Shown: positions 27,901 through 41,035, counted from the whole stretch's first letter. The stretch is 63,674 nucleotides of DNA, filler included, from Octopus bimaculoides (GCF_001194135.2; 5 parts of 5 records of this genome joined end to end with filler, not necessarily neighbours in it); one strand, 5' to 3'. Notes: generated by a model from the letters alone, not told the origin. A program made the numbers and translations.

Positions 27901-29789
27901 AAATATTCAAATATATATGGCATATATTTGTATGTGTTGCATAAGACAATAGTAAAAATGCTAAACAAAATTGTAATATATATATTATAGATCATACTCT
28001 AAACATTAAGAATTGTAAACATTATATTCGAATGCAATGGTATTGATTTCTGACTATTTATGAGAGAGTGTAGTGAACTGTATTTGCCTAGTATGTGATT
28101 GGTACTTTATTTTGTGAAACCTACAAGGGTGAGCAGTGTAACTGACAATGACATGATTTGAACTTAGAACATAAATGTTTGTAACTAAATACTACAAGGC
28201 ATTTTATCTGACACGTTACCACATTCTGCAAATCTTCTGCCTAGAACACAATAATATTGGATGTAAGGAATAGTATTCAATGAAAAGTTTGTGGAGAGAG
28301 ACAGTTTTGCAAAGGTAAATGTTAAAGGGTTTTGAATCTGGTTCTCTTGTTTATATTTCATTCCTAAAACCTCTTTCTTCACAAGATCATATCATATTTC
28401 ATTTTACTTTTTTACCCTTGTAGAAATAAACATGTTCCAGTATTTGTCCATTTTTTGCTTGCAATATTTCTTTCTCTCAATAAACTTATAAACTACTAAA
28501 TTGTATACGATACAGTATCAGAAAATCATTATTGTAAAGTGTATTATTTAAGATGTCTCTTTGATATTCAAATCAAATACCTATCTCTCCATCCTATCTA
28601 TGCAATGTAAATTCTATGTGTATTCAACATCAAATATGCTTTTCTTTGTGCAAATGAAACTCTATAGAAGTCGACTAGATCTTTCAGTTGAAGATAAGCA
28701 TAATGTGATTGATGCACAGAGGAGTGCACAATAACATTTTACCCCACAAGAATACAATGTGAGGTCAACATACGAGCTGTTTGCAGATGATGCTTGATTC
28801 CAAATAGGAATCGTCAAAATAGGATGATAGCAAGTCTAAAAGTTGTGCATAGTTAAAAGCCATAAAATAAGACTGATTAAATTACGATAACATTTTAACC
28901 CTTTATTTTCACATTAAACAGGTTGATATGAAATCATAGACATCAGTTCTAGATGAACTGAGTTTGTGGCAGTTTCATTTCTGATTGAAGTAGTACCTCA
29001 CAACTGATACAGCCATCGTTCACCATAAAATGTCCAGGGTTTTGTAAGAGAAATCTGTGTAAAACCATTCTGCAGTAACAAGCAAATTAGATAGTTAAGA
29101 AAATTTCTATAAGAGATGACAGCAGCAACTGTGTGGCAATAAATGTTTCTTCTCATTCTCGACCACTCTTCCTAATATTGCAGTATCATGGTTAGCAACA
29201 TCTGGAAATGAATATGCTACGCAATATATACATGTGTGTGTGTAAATAGATAAATAAAAGATGGTAAAAATAAAGCACGACAGAAATTCTTTGGGAAGTA
29301 TTGATACAATTTGTAAGAGTGCTTAAAAACAATGTCAATTAGAGGATATCAGAAGCAGTTTTTAAGTTTTGTAAGCAGGTGTACATTTTTTCACTTCTAG
29401 AAACACAACTAATTGCATGCATCTGTTCTTGTAGAGAGAAACAAGGCTATGAAAATAATAGAAACAGACCAGCTATTCCTGAAATAACTGCCAACTGAAC
29501 AACAAAAAAAAAGATACCTGTTAGTTTAGTTTGAAAAAGTAGACAGAAAAGTCACACATTTTACATATATTCACAATTCTGTTCATTCACCAGTTTCTTA
29601 TGACTCTTTTGTAGGCTACACCCATGCCATTGCGTAATAAATGAAAGGGAAATTAGAGATATGTAGATCTAATCCCATCTGAGTTTCTCACTTTACTTTT
29701 TTACCGCTCTCAGTTCATTATCATTGTGTACTTTTAACAAATGCTGGCATGGAAAACAGGTGTTAGATGATGATGAATGGTATAAAATG

Positions 29790-29975
29790 TTAGCACAAGG
29801 CCAGCAAATTCGTGTGGGTGGGGGAATTCGACCCCAGTGTACAACTGGCACTTACTTTATTGACCCTGAAAGGATGAAAGGCAACGACAATCTCAGCAGA
29901 ATTCAAACACAGAACATGAAGATGGACAAGAATGCCACTAAGCATTTTACTTTGAGCGTTAATTTTATCAGCTCA
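29790..29975 (-). mobile_element. SINE family B
   Basis: GACCCTGAAAGGATGAAAGGC core. Confidence 0.75.
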
Positions 29976-30344
29976 CCACCTTATAATAATAATGATACTA
30001 ATAAGAATAATAATAATACTAATAATAGCAAACACCTTTTGCTGTCATTTTAGGTTCACACTATCATCTTATCACCAAATTACTTTTAAAACAAACTTTT
30101 ACTTTCTTTAGTTTTTGACAAACATTCTCAAGAACAATACTTTGTACAAATCCAAAGAGATAGCAGTTATCAACCACCCTAGTCATAATACCAACTTCAA
30201 CTTCAAACTTGTTGTCTCTTGAAGTCTCTGCATAAGACTTGGAGTCAACTTATGTAAAAAGCAAAATCAAAACAAACAACACTAATGATGATTTTGCATT
30301 TTCACTGAAAATTATTTGGATTTTTTAAGACCCAGAAATATTAT

Positions 30345-30535
30345 TTTCTACTCTAGGACCAAGGCCTGAAATTTTGGGGGAGGGGGCCAGTCGATTACAT
30401 CGACCACAGTATGCAACTGGTACTTAATTTATCGACTCTGAAAGGATGAAAGGCAAAGTCGACTTTGGTGGAATTTGAACTCACAACATAAAGACAAATG
30501 AAATACCACTAATGTTTCTGCCGGCTTGCCACCTT
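30345..30535 (-). mobile_element. SINE family B
   Basis: Close match to the 50985 copy. Confidence 0.85.
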
Positions 30536-30659
30536 AAAGACTCAGAAATAGGACTTCATTCAGATGTGCAAGGCAGCATGATTGTTTCAGGGAATACAAT
30601 CTGTGCTTTTCTAGTATTTTGCACTTGCAGCTCCGTTGGTGGCTAATGAGCCCTGCTCT

Positions 30660-30960
30660 TGACAAGCATATTAGTGCATATTCTGCTCATAGCACTTCTG
30701 CATCTGTCTTGCTGTGAAAATCATATTCATTGTCCCTCTACCAGATTGGAGACCACATTGATATTCAGATAGGACATCATTTATGAGACACCCATTCAGG
30801 CGGGTAAGAACATTTTCCCGGAACCTTGCCAGTAGCTGATAGTAAAGCAATACCTCTGTAGTTACAACACATTGTTCTGGTTCCCTTTCCGTTATAGAGA
30901 GGAAGAATAATTGCATCCTTCCAGCCCTTAGACATTGCACCATCCCTCCAGACTGCACTA
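30660..30960 (-). mobile_element. RTE LINE RT fragment
   Basis: LSEYQCGLQSGRGTMNMIFTARQMQKCYEQN resembles RTE LPESQCGFRxxRGTxDMIFxARQLQEKCxEQ. Confidence 0.8.
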
Positions 30961-31469
30961 ATAAGTTCATGAAGAGACTATGTTGTAATCACCAGCAAAT
31001 CACAAGACCTTAGCACAAATTCCATCCTTTCAAGGTGCCCTACCAAGATTCAATTTACTTATCGATGTCATTACTTCATCTATTGAGGGCATACATACAT
31101 AGAGAGTTTAGTTCACTGGTGATCTAAATGAGTAGGTGTACTGTGTAAGTGCTACAATTGGTCATCTGTTAGGTTCCAAGTTTACAGCCGAAGGAATAGG
31201 TCAAGTGGTTGATCTATTCCTTCAACATGAATGTAACATTCAAAATAGTGCCAAAATACTGCCTGGATATACCTGGGATTATACTTAAGGACCTATGCCT
31301 TCATGGAAGTACAGACCAACCTCCATACCTCTGGAAGAAGATGAGCTGTGAACTTTATTCTCCTGTCTATATTCTTCTATCTACTGTTTTACTCTTTATT
31401 CTTCATCTGCAATTTAATTCCTTTATAAACTGTGAATTCCCTGTCTAGAACTTTCATATACACTCACTT

Positions 31470-31547
31470 TGTCTCTGATGATGGAATATTCAGTGTATGG
31501 AGATGCTAACCTATCACTTGAGATATCCCAGAAACAACTATAAGACA
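31470..31547 (+). ncRNA. Degenerate type I hammerhead ribozyme in a Penelope-like terminal repeat
   Basis: Stem I TGTCT/AGACA, CTGATGA at 31475-31481, long stem II TGGAATAT/ATATCCCA, GAAAC at 31531; stem III ACAACTAT instead of ACAGCTGT. Confidence 0.7.
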
Positions 31548-31644
31548 TCTAATAATTAATTACCTGAAATTCACCTTAGTCTAATTAAATATTCTAAATG
31601 ACTTGAGATACCCGTCCTACCTTGGTCTTTTTGTTGCCCTTTCG

Positions 31645-33310
31645 CATCATCATTATTTAACGTCCGTTGTCCATGCTGGCATGGGTTGGACAGTTTGACT
31701 GGGCTGGTAAGATGGAAGGCTGTGCCAGGCTGCAGTCTGGTTTGGCATGGTATTCTATAGCTGGATGCTCTTCCTAATGCCAACCACTTTGAGAGTGTAG
31801 TGGATGCCAGTCAGGCGGCACTAGCATCGACCATGCATGAACAGTACATTTTATGTGTCAGTGGCACATGAGCCAGTCAGGTGGCACTGGCATCAACCAT
31901 GCTTGAATGGTGCATTTTATGCGCCACTGGCATCAACCATGCTTGAATGGTGCATTTTATGCGCCACTGGCACAGGGGCCAGTCAGGCAGCACTTGCGTC
32001 AGCCACGCTCGGATGGTGCTTTTTACATGCCACTGGCATGGGTGCCAGTCAGGCAGCACTGGCATCGGCCACGACTATGATTTCACTTGGCTCAACAGGT
32101 CTTCTCAAGTACAGTTCATTGCCTGACGATTGAAGGGTTTAAACAGGCCAGTTATGCAACACTGGCATTGGCCATGGCTATGATCTCACTTGGCTTCCTG
32201 GTTCTTCGCAAGCACAGCATATCTCCAAAGGTCTCAGTCCCCTGTCATTGCCTCTCTGAGGCCCAGCGTTTGAAGGTCGTGCTTCACTACCTCATCCCGT
32301 GTATACCTTGGTCTACCTCTTCCACAGGTTCCTTCCACTGTTAGGGTGTGGCACTTCTTCACACAGCTGTCCTCACCCATGCGCAACACATGACCATACC
32401 AGTGCAGTCATCTTTCTTGCACACTAAATCTGATGCTTCTTATGTTCAACTTTTCTCAAGGTGCTTACGCTGTCATGTATGCACACTGACATAACACATC
32501 CAGCAGAGGATACTAGCTTCATTTCTTTCAAACCTACGCATGTCCTCAGCAGTCACAGCCTATGTTTCACTGCCATGTAGCATGGCTGTTCGTACACATG
32601 CGTCATACAATCTANNNNNNNNNNNNNNNNNNNNNNNNNNNNNNNNNNNNNNNNNNNNNNNNNNNNNNNNNNNNNNNNNNNNNNNNNNNNNNNNNNNNNN
32701 NNNNNNNNNNNNNNNNNNNNNNNNNNNNNNNNNNNNNNNNNNNNNNNNNNNNNNNNNNNNNNNNNNNNNNNNNNNNNNNNNNNNNNNNNNNNNNNNNNNN
32801 NNNNNNNNNNNNNNNNNNNNNNNNNNNNNNNNNNNNNNNNNNNNNNNNNNNNNNNNNNNNNNNNNNNNNNNNNNNNNNNNNNNNNNNNNNNNNNNNNNNN
32901 NNNNNNNNNNNNNNNNNNNNNNNNNNNNNNNNNNNNNNNNNNNNNNNNNNNNNNNNNTATGTTCAACTTTTCTCAAGGTGCTTACGCTGTCATGTATGCA
33001 CACTGACATAACACATCCAGCAGAGGATACTAGCTTCATTTCTTTCAAACCTACGCATGTCCTCAGCAGTCACAGCCTATGTTTCACTGCCATGTAGCAT
33101 GGCTGTTCGTACACATGCGTCATACAATCTACCCTTTACTCTGAGCGAGAAGCCCTTTGTTACCAGCAGAGGTACGAGTTCTCTTACCTTTTCCCAGTCT
33201 ATTCTTATTCTAGCTGCAATGCTCTCAAAGCATCCACCCCCACTACTGACTCGGTCACCTAGGTAACAGAAGCTATCAACTACTTCTAGTTTTTTCCCCT
33301 TGCATGTAAC
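31645..33310 (-). mobile_element. RTE-clade LINE 3' portion with tandemly repeated 3' UTR and (GAT)n tail
   Basis: ORF 33077..33487 LEVVDSFCYLGDRVSSGGGC..RIRIDWEKVRELVPLL..KGRLYDACVRTAMLHGSET. Confidence 0.9.
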
Positions 33311-33384
33311 AGAAGCTGTTTTCTGCATATTTTCAGTGTTTATTGCTCCTGAGCATTTGCTATTTAGCTTTCCTTTGATATTGC

Positions 33385-33415
<31 letters not shown>

Positions 33416-33429
33416 ACATACAGACACAA

Positions 33430-34800
33430 ACACACAAATGGAAGAATTTATTATTGAAGGTCTTGAATATACTGACTGGCAATTCATGGCATTTATTATG
33501 CCAATAATGAATTACTTCTATTCCATATTCTTATGGTATATTTGTTTATAAGTTAATCACATCAAATACAAATATTACTGTGTCTTCACTTGCTGTGCAC
33601 AGAAAGTGATTCAAAATATTTCATTTGTCTCTTATGTTGCTCTGTATATTCTTCAAACATAGCTTCAGTATTTTATCTCAAAAGAGTTATTCAGTCAATT
33701 TATTTTCACAAAATGGCTCTTCTGTTATTTGTTTTAAATTGAAATCATTTGGCCAAAGAACATTCTTACAAGCAGGTGATGATTCTCCCTTGACATCATT
33801 TCTAACTTTACTTTTGCAGATTTTTGGTAATCCATGAAACTGACGTGTTTTGCATTTTAAGATTGGTTATAAAGTTGCATTCTTTATCTGTTAAGCCATT
33901 TAAGATGGAATTGACTTGGAAGTTGATTTTCTGCATCATCTTTTGCTGATTATAGTTTTTAACATTTTTAAAACTAAAGCTAGCCTCAAGCATAGATATG
34001 CGAGATTTTATAGCAATCTATCTCCATTCTATCAACAGTATTTCCTTTATCAGCTTCTGTTATAAGTTTTTTATTGATTTTCAATGCATTACAATTTTCT
34101 CATTCTGTTGTACTGACGAAATTAGAATATGTTCTATATTTTGCTCAAAACTCATATGGAAAATAAGTTATATAATCTCAAAAATAATCAAATAATCTCT
34201 ATTCCTACCTTTTGGTGGATAGTATCTGCTTTTCTTTCTAACTCTAGCTTCATTATCTTTGCTTTATCTAGTAATTTCTCTGTAACTCTTAATTTTCAGC
34301 TAAAGTCTGAAATGTCTTTGATTTCATTGAGATTTAGAGTTTCCAGGAATTGGTATAAATTTAATTCCTTGCGCAAGTGTATTTATTTGTTTTGTTGTTA
34401 ATGTTTTTCTAAAAAAAATTTATTATTGTTGTTGTTCTACCTGATATACCTGTTCCTTTTTACAGGATCTAAAAAATGGCTTTGAAACTTTCAGCTGGTT
34501 GGATTTATCCTAGTTCTGTATTTGTCATTGCAATTATCAAAATGCCAAAGCTGTTTCTTCTGTAGTTATTTAAAGAATTCTTTCCTCAATAATCATTTCC
34601 AAAAATTGCTTTTCCTTCATTGAGAAAATTAATTAGTCTTCAGTTCAGATTCTCCTCTTTTTGTTAACAGAGACCTATTTTTTTCCCTAGAGTTACTTGT
34701 AAATCTCTACCAAGGTTGGTCTCTGTTAAATTCAACATTTCAATTTCATTTGAGAATTTGACCATAATTTTGTCTTGGATTTCTACTGTTTAACTTATTT
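33430..34800 (-). mobile_element. Decayed Penelope-like element, N-terminal to early RT
   Basis: ILKLCLKNIQSNIRD...TVIFVFDVINL*TNIP*EYGIEVIHYW resembles PLE LVSFDVxSLYTNIPHDLGIEAIxYW. Confidence 0.7.
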
Positions 34801-34859
34801 TCTAGTTGTTTAACAATTTTGCTTTGGAAAAGAATATAGAGATGAAATGTTTTACTTTA

Positions 34860-35345
34860 TTATTCTTTTACTTGTTTCAGTCACTATGACTGCGACCATG
34901 CTGGGATACTGCCATGAGGAATTTCAGTCGCACTAATCAACCCCAGGACTTATTTTGTTTTAAGCCTGATCTCTTTTGCTGAACTTTTAAATTATGGGGT
35001 GTAAAAACACCAACACAGGTTTTCAAGTGGTGATGGGGGACAAACACACACACACACACACACACCCACACACGCATGCATATATAAGTGGGGGGGACAG
35101 ACACACACACACACACACACGCATGCATATATAAGTGGGGACACACACACACACACACACACGCATGCATATATAAGTGGCAGGCTTCTGTCAGTTTTTA
35201 CCCAACAAATCCATTCACAAAGCTTTGGTCAGCTTGAAGCTGGGGTAGAAACCACTTGCCCAAAGGGCCACACAGTGGGATTGAAGCTGGGACCATGTGG
35301 TTGGGAAGCAAACTTCTTACCACACAACCATGCTTGCACCTATTG
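34860..35345 (-). mobile_element. SINE family A with an internally triplicated ACAC..GCATGCATATATAAGTGG unit
   Basis: Tail at 34860-35040, head at 35180-35345. Confidence 0.85.
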
Positions 35346-35369
35346 TGCAACAAATCCTGTTTTTTTTTT

Positions 35370-35620
35370 TTGATAATTTTGGTCTAACTTTGGAACAGCA
35401 ATATATCCAACATATATAGATTGAGTAATGGAATACCTTCTGATAAAAGTGTACAAAAACTCAGGGCAAAAATATAAAAAACATTTTACAATTACTTGAA
35501 GGAAAATTGGAACAAATATCTAGACAATTGTTACACCCTCTGGGAAGACAGTCTGGATAGACATTTTGAATTTAAGACACACAAAAATTATCTTAATTAA
35601 ACAAATGCACTCCTATATCT
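35370..35620 (+). mobile_element. Penelope-like RT fragment (catalytic YxDD region)
   Basis: GTAIYPTYI..VMEYL...ENWNKYLDNCYTLWED resembles GTKxAPTYANLVMGYLE...WKRYLDDCFIIW. Confidence 0.7.
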
Positions 35621-35768
35621 GAATGTCTATCCCATCTCTAACCATCACTCCTCACACTTTTATGAAATTTCCCCCTGTTCCCCCCACCCCACTACCCAGT
35701 CGTCTGCATCAATTCACATCCACCCACACACTATGTTGAGTGTATGTCCTGACATTACCACTACCATT

Positions 35769-35820
<52 letters not shown>

Positions 35821-35849
35821 CTATAACCCTATCTCTTTCTTTCTCTCTT

Positions 35850-36190
35850 TTCCAACTGGGGTGGCCATGTAATCTCCTCTATAGCAAAAGACCTGTCATT
35901 GTCCCTCTATTAAACATTTTAACCTCCTGTCAATTGGCACAAAGTCATCTCCCTCAATACCACACCATCTTCCTGTCAAGAGGTATTTGTCTTGCAACCA
36001 CAACCCCACCAATTCTGGTGCCATGTAAAAAGCACCCAGTACACACCAAGTTTAGTGGTTTGCATTTAGAAAGGCATCCAGTCATAGAAACTATGCCAAA
36101 AGCAGACAATAGACCTTGGCACAGTCCTCTAGTTTGCCAACTTTGTTGATCCAGTCAACCCATGCCAGCATGTTAAATGATGAAGATGAT
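35850..36190 (+). mobile_element. RTE 3'-end-derived repeat
   Basis: Ends CCCATGCCAGCATGTTAAATGATGAAGATGAT. Confidence 0.65.
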
Positions 36191-36404
36191 GATGGCTTAA
36201 AATCCTGAATAGGATGGAGGCAATATTTACTTTTTACTTCATCTGATCTGAAACACCATAAGAATAAGTATTTTTTGCTCAGCATCCTACCAATAAGCAG
36301 CATCCTACTAAATGTGAACATCTGAAAGAAAGAAAGAAAGAAAAAAAAAGAAACTAAGAGATATTTTGATGAAAAGATGTTATCAACCATCATTAATTGA
36401 TAAC

Positions 36405-36473
<69 letters not shown>

Positions 36474-36649
36474 GGGGCAAAAGCAATTGTCACCAATTAT
36501 CTTCAATTTCAACACACAAGTTTATGAATATTGAGGTTTTTAAAAGATGATCCAAAAATGAGAAGAATTTTAGAATAACTAAAGATAAAAGCAAAAGTAA
36601 CAAATCTTTAAATGTTCAACAGTTGTTCAACTATCAGCGAATGTTATAT

Positions 36650-36870
36650 GAAACCTTGGCAGCAAACTGGCTGAATTGTTAGCTTGTTGAGCAAAATGCT
36701 TAGGGGCATTTTGGCTGTCTTTATTTTCTGAGTTACTAGTCTGTCAAAGTTGACTTTGCCTTTCATCCTTTTTGAGGTCAATAAAATAAGTACCAGTTAG
36801 ACATTGGGGTCGATGTAATTGACTTCCCCCTCCTCTGAAACTGCTGGCCTTGTGCCAAAATATGAAACCA
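36650..36870 (+). mobile_element. SINE family B
   Basis: GTTGACTTTGCCTTTCATCC...AATAAGTACCAG. Confidence 0.75.
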
Positions 36871-37582
36871 ATATATCAAAACTGGGTGAAAACTGCAGAA
36901 GGTGAAATTGTGGAATTTGTATTAATATACCCAACATTTTAGAGATATAGTTCAGAAAAAGAAAACTATAAAATGAAGACAAATTGATGTGCTTATCTAC
37001 AAAACTATGTGATAACATGATGTGGATGGGATGAAAATCACATTGGCCATACAAGGAGTCCAATTAGAGAACAACACATAACCCAAACACTACAAAAATT
37101 TCCCTCAGTGAATACTTAAATTGATGTGGCAGCCGAATTCTGAGCAATTCCTATCATATTAAAATGCAGATAATACAACAGAACAACGTTAAGAAAACAT
37201 TTTTACTGAAAAATTTAAAACTAGTTTGAATCAATAACTAATTATGGCAAATAGTTTGAATTTAAACATCAATATTTGCGCAAATATCTTGGCCACAGTA
37301 TTGAATAATTATTGCTGCTTTTTTTTTTTTTTAACCTAATGAGTTTATTACAAATTTAGGTTACTAATATAACATAGCATTCCCTCTTGTTACCTAGTGT
37401 GTTTATAACAGAGTTTCTTTGCTTCTTTCTGTTGATACAAAGCTAGCAGTGAGCCATTACACACATGGATTCAAATTATTGCCTTTGATGAAAAAAGGAA
37501 ATTTGTAGGAAATAATGTATTTTGAAATAATTCAATTAAAGTGCAAAAGAATTGTGCCTTTTCTCTATTTTATATATGTGCA

Positions 37583-37639
<57 letters not shown>

Positions 37640-37749
37640 ACTGCCTCATCTTTTCTACTCTAGGCACAAAGCCCAACATTTTGGGGGAGGAGGCCAATCA
37701 ATTAGATCGCCCCCCCTCAGTACGCAACTGGTACTTAATTTATCGGTAA

Positions 37750-39190
37750 TTTCTGTGAACACGTGTTGTCGTGTCAACTGTCAGCTGCATGCTTGTTCTG
37801 TTTGACACATCGAAGTGGAAAGAGGAAGCTAATGGGTTGTACGTCTGTTCTTGTGTATTCCCGAGAGGGAGCTAGTTTGAGGCTGACCCCCACCAGAGAA
37901 ATTGACTAATAATGTGGCGAAGAAAACAGTTGTCTATAGGACATTGTCTACCTCTTCTAAAGAAAAGAAAAAGAGAGAGATTGCCTCAATACAGGCAATA
38001 GAGGAATGCCTCAAAGACATAAAAAGGCTGACCATGTTTCATATGCATGGAAGGACATACGATACAGTGGAGGTAAGGTTTGCCAATGAAGAGGACACAA
38101 TAAACCAGTCCACTATGCTGATAAGGACACAGAAATGGGTACTTCTGCCGACTTACTGTGGCAAACGAGTTGCCAGAGTATGAATTAGCAGAATACCCCA
38201 GTCATGCACAGAATGGAAGTCGAGGCGAAAATATTGAAAATTATGAAAACTAAAAAGGTTAATTGATGGGGGTATGGTAATACAAGTAAGGCTCAAAGAC
38301 TTGCACGAGATCACAGAGGAGATTAATCTGCTGGAGGACGTTAGGCTGAGAGTGGTGGTGGAAGGCAGACCACCAATATGTTTCTTATGCGGACAAAAGT
38401 GGCACATGAAAGCAAGGTTCCCCCAGCAAGAAAACAAAAGGGGAGGAGCAGAAGCCACAATGTGAAGGACAAACTGCCGAAGTGGCGGTGCCGGAAAGAG
38501 AGAAAGACAAATCATTCACTGTGGTGAATAGGAGGAAAAGGAAAGGACATGTAAGCTCTCCACCAGAGGGCCAGAAAAGGATGAAGGAGATAGAAGAGGA
38601 GGTGATAAGGAGCTGGTTAGATGCACCAGCAGCAGCATCAACAGAAAGTAACGTGGAAGCAGAAACAGCATTGAAACACGTAGTGGAGGACATAAACGTG
38701 GAGGATTTCTTTTACTGGACCAACAGAGGAACCAAGAAAAATGACTCGCTTTGGACAGCTCAGGTCCGTCACTGAAACAAACATGTTAAAAAGAAAAAGT
38801 GGCACGTATTCATATACGTTAAAAGCACTGCTATCGAGTGGAAGATAGCAAAGTTCAAATCTGTCATAAGAATTAGGCTGCCACCAGGAAAATATCCAGG
38901 ATATATCGAAGGAATACTAACTGATAAAGAGAGACATTGCAGACTGAAGGAACTGTCAGGAAATGATATAGACCCCTTTAGGAGCTGAGATAGAATTCGA
39001 TAATTTACCATCAGTAGTGGAGTATGAGGAATTGAAACCCTTGATTAACTACAATAGAGACATGTTTTAAAAATGGGGGGAAAAAAAGAGAAAATAGACT
39101 TTAAAAAAAACGATGCAAAAAGAGAAAAAAGAAAACCTTTAAAAATTGTATGATTTAACTGTTAAATGGTTCTGCTTGAGAATGGGGCTC
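37750..39190 (+). mobile_element. L1/Tx1-type ORF1 (gag-like, zinc knuckle) element without a detectable ORF2
   Basis: ORFs 37902..38183 and 38274..38465 with VVVEGRPPICFLCGQKWHMKARF (degenerate CX2CX4HX4C). Confidence 0.65.
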
Positions 39191-39199
39191 AAGGCAGCC

Positions 39200-39720
39200 A
39201 TTCCATCATTTGTTGGTGTGAACTGTTGTGTTTTTGTGTGTCGCTTTGCAGCAATTTTTGTGAGACACCACCATTGGTTTAGTGGTAGTGAATGCTACGG
39301 GAGATCGAGTTCCCGTTGGCCCGGGTGTGTTGAAACAGGAATCGCTTCAGTACAATAGAGAGCTGATAAGGAAATATTGTAAAATGGTAAAAAGGGAGGG
39401 GTCAAATATATAACTGACCCCCACCAGAGGAAGAAAAAATGAAAATGGAAAAGAAGACAGTGGATTTCAATTCTTTTTATATTTCATTTTCAGATATAAA
39501 AGAATTGAAAATGCACCGCTGGAGGAAATGGAAGAAATTTTGGAAAGACTCATAGGAGACAGCATAGTGTTCCTTATGAGAGGAAAGATATATGCATCTA
39601 TAGTGGTAACCTTTGTATGAGATACAGGGGGAGAAATGGATATTGCTGCCAAACTGCTTGGACAAACAAATTGTCTGAATTAGGGTGGCATGAAGGAGGA
39701 CATCTAACCATAGAAATCGA
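39200..39720 (+). mobile_element. Second, related ORF1-type element in tandem (5' part)
   Basis: Shares CTGACCCCCACCAGAG just before its ORF start and the KKTV...W.LLP..C motifs with the 37750 copy. Confidence 0.55.
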
Positions 39721-39834
39721 CAGTGGATCATGATACACTCTTGCAGCTCTCAGGTTCCCTGCCAAACAGACTTATCCACGTCAGTGTGGAAAGCAGACAC
39801 TCAGTGATGTGGTGAAGAAATGATGCCATATTTG

Positions 39835-40356
39835 AATAAAGATGCATTATTACCATTATTAATGGTAATAATGTGGTTAGCAAGTTTACACCTTTACAGG
39901 CAAAATATAAGCAAAATATAGATTCAGTAAGGTATTTAAATACCACCTGCTATATATTTTGCCTGTAAAGGTGTAAACTTGCTAGCCACCTTATAATTAA
40001 TAACGGTAATAATTCATCTTTATTTAAATTTATACTGGCTCACAATCATTTTTGTTTTAAATGCTGCAGGGATGTTTAAAGTAAAGAACGCACATGAGAT
40101 AATCTGATGAATATTTCAGAAATAGATGTTGAAAATGTTATTTTCAACTGACGATCCCAGAGTATGTTTGTCATCCAGAGAGTGAAATCAATTGATATTG
40201 ACATATACATTCCTTACTTATGTACTCCACGCAAGGTGAACCTGTTTCTCCTATGTTCATTGAATTGCCTGTGTGTATCTTAATAGTGAGTTACTGTGGT
40301 TTTGGAACGATGGTTCTGATTATAGCAAGTGGTATTTAAATACCCTACTGATTCTA
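39835..40356. repeat. Nested inverted-repeat (foldback) element
   Basis: 39873-39909/39953-39989 (37 bp, 1 mismatch), 39835-39863/39996-40024 (29 bp, 2 mismatches), 39919-39954/40321-40356 (36 bp, 3 mismatches). Confidence 0.9.
40144..40201 (+). ncRNA. Degenerate type I hammerhead-like motif
   Basis: TCAA-CTGACGA...GAAA-TCAATTGAT-A-TTGA with palindromic stem III ATCAATTGAT; base of stem II mismatched. Confidence 0.45.
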
Positions 40357-40379
40357 AATGTAGTATGTGTGTGTGTCTG

Positions 40380-41032
40380 CCAGGGATGTAGCCAGCGCAC
40401 TTTCGTGTAATATTCCTTCATTGGACACTAAACTCTGCTTGCGAAAACCTGTTGAGGCAAGTGAAATCGAAATCGAACTAAATTTGTAGACTGGCACCCA
40501 TGCCAACGTTTCTTTCATTGAACACTAATCTCAGCTTGCGAAGACCTGTTGGGGCAAGCAAAATCAAAATCATGGTGGCACCTGTACCAGTAGATCACTG
40601 AGAGCACCGTCCGAGCGTGATTCTTGCCAGAGCACCAGCTGTCTGGCTTTCATGCCAGTGGCATGTAAATAGCACCATTTAAGAGTGATCGTTACCAACG
40701 TTGCCTTCCTGGCACTTGTGCCAGTGGCACGTGAAAAGACATTCGAGCGAGCTGGTTGCCAGTACCGCTGGACTGGCTCCTGTGCAGGTGGCATGTAAAA
40801 TACACCATTTTGAGCGTGGCCATTGCCAGTACCTCCTGACTGGCCTTCGTACTGGTGGCACGTAAAAGCACCCGCTACACTCTTAAAGTGGTTGGCGTTA
40901 GGAAGGGCATCCAGCTGTAGAAACTCTGCCAAATCAGATTGGAGCCTGGTGTAGCCATCTGGTTCACCAGTCCTCAGTCAAATCGTCCAACCCATGCTAG
41001 TATGGAAAGCGGACATTAAACGATGATGATGA

Positions 41033-41035
<3 letters not shown>
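40380..41035 (+). mobile_element. RTE 3' UTR-derived repeat with tandem subrepeats and (GAT)n tail
   Basis: Ends CCCATGCTAGTATGGAAAGCGGACATTAAACGATGATGAT. Confidence 0.9.

Noticed and set aside
32438-33127. Identical ~175-bp sequences on both sides of an N gap (likewise about 54 bp at 45449/45728)
   Set aside because: Typical unmerged contig overlap rather than a true tandem duplication
33741-33760. WPND peptide on the minus strand resembling the HLCS KWPND motif
   Set aside because: It lies downstream of the HLCS stop, inside a Penelope-like relic, and lacks the following IY…KxGG motif
40620-40870. Regularly spaced GCCAG…CTGGC subrepeats (also about 31830-32180 and 45960-46110) resembling a repeat-spacer array
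   Set aside because: They are degenerate tandem subrepeats of the RTE 3' UTR in a eukaryote, with no unique spacers, so not CRISPR
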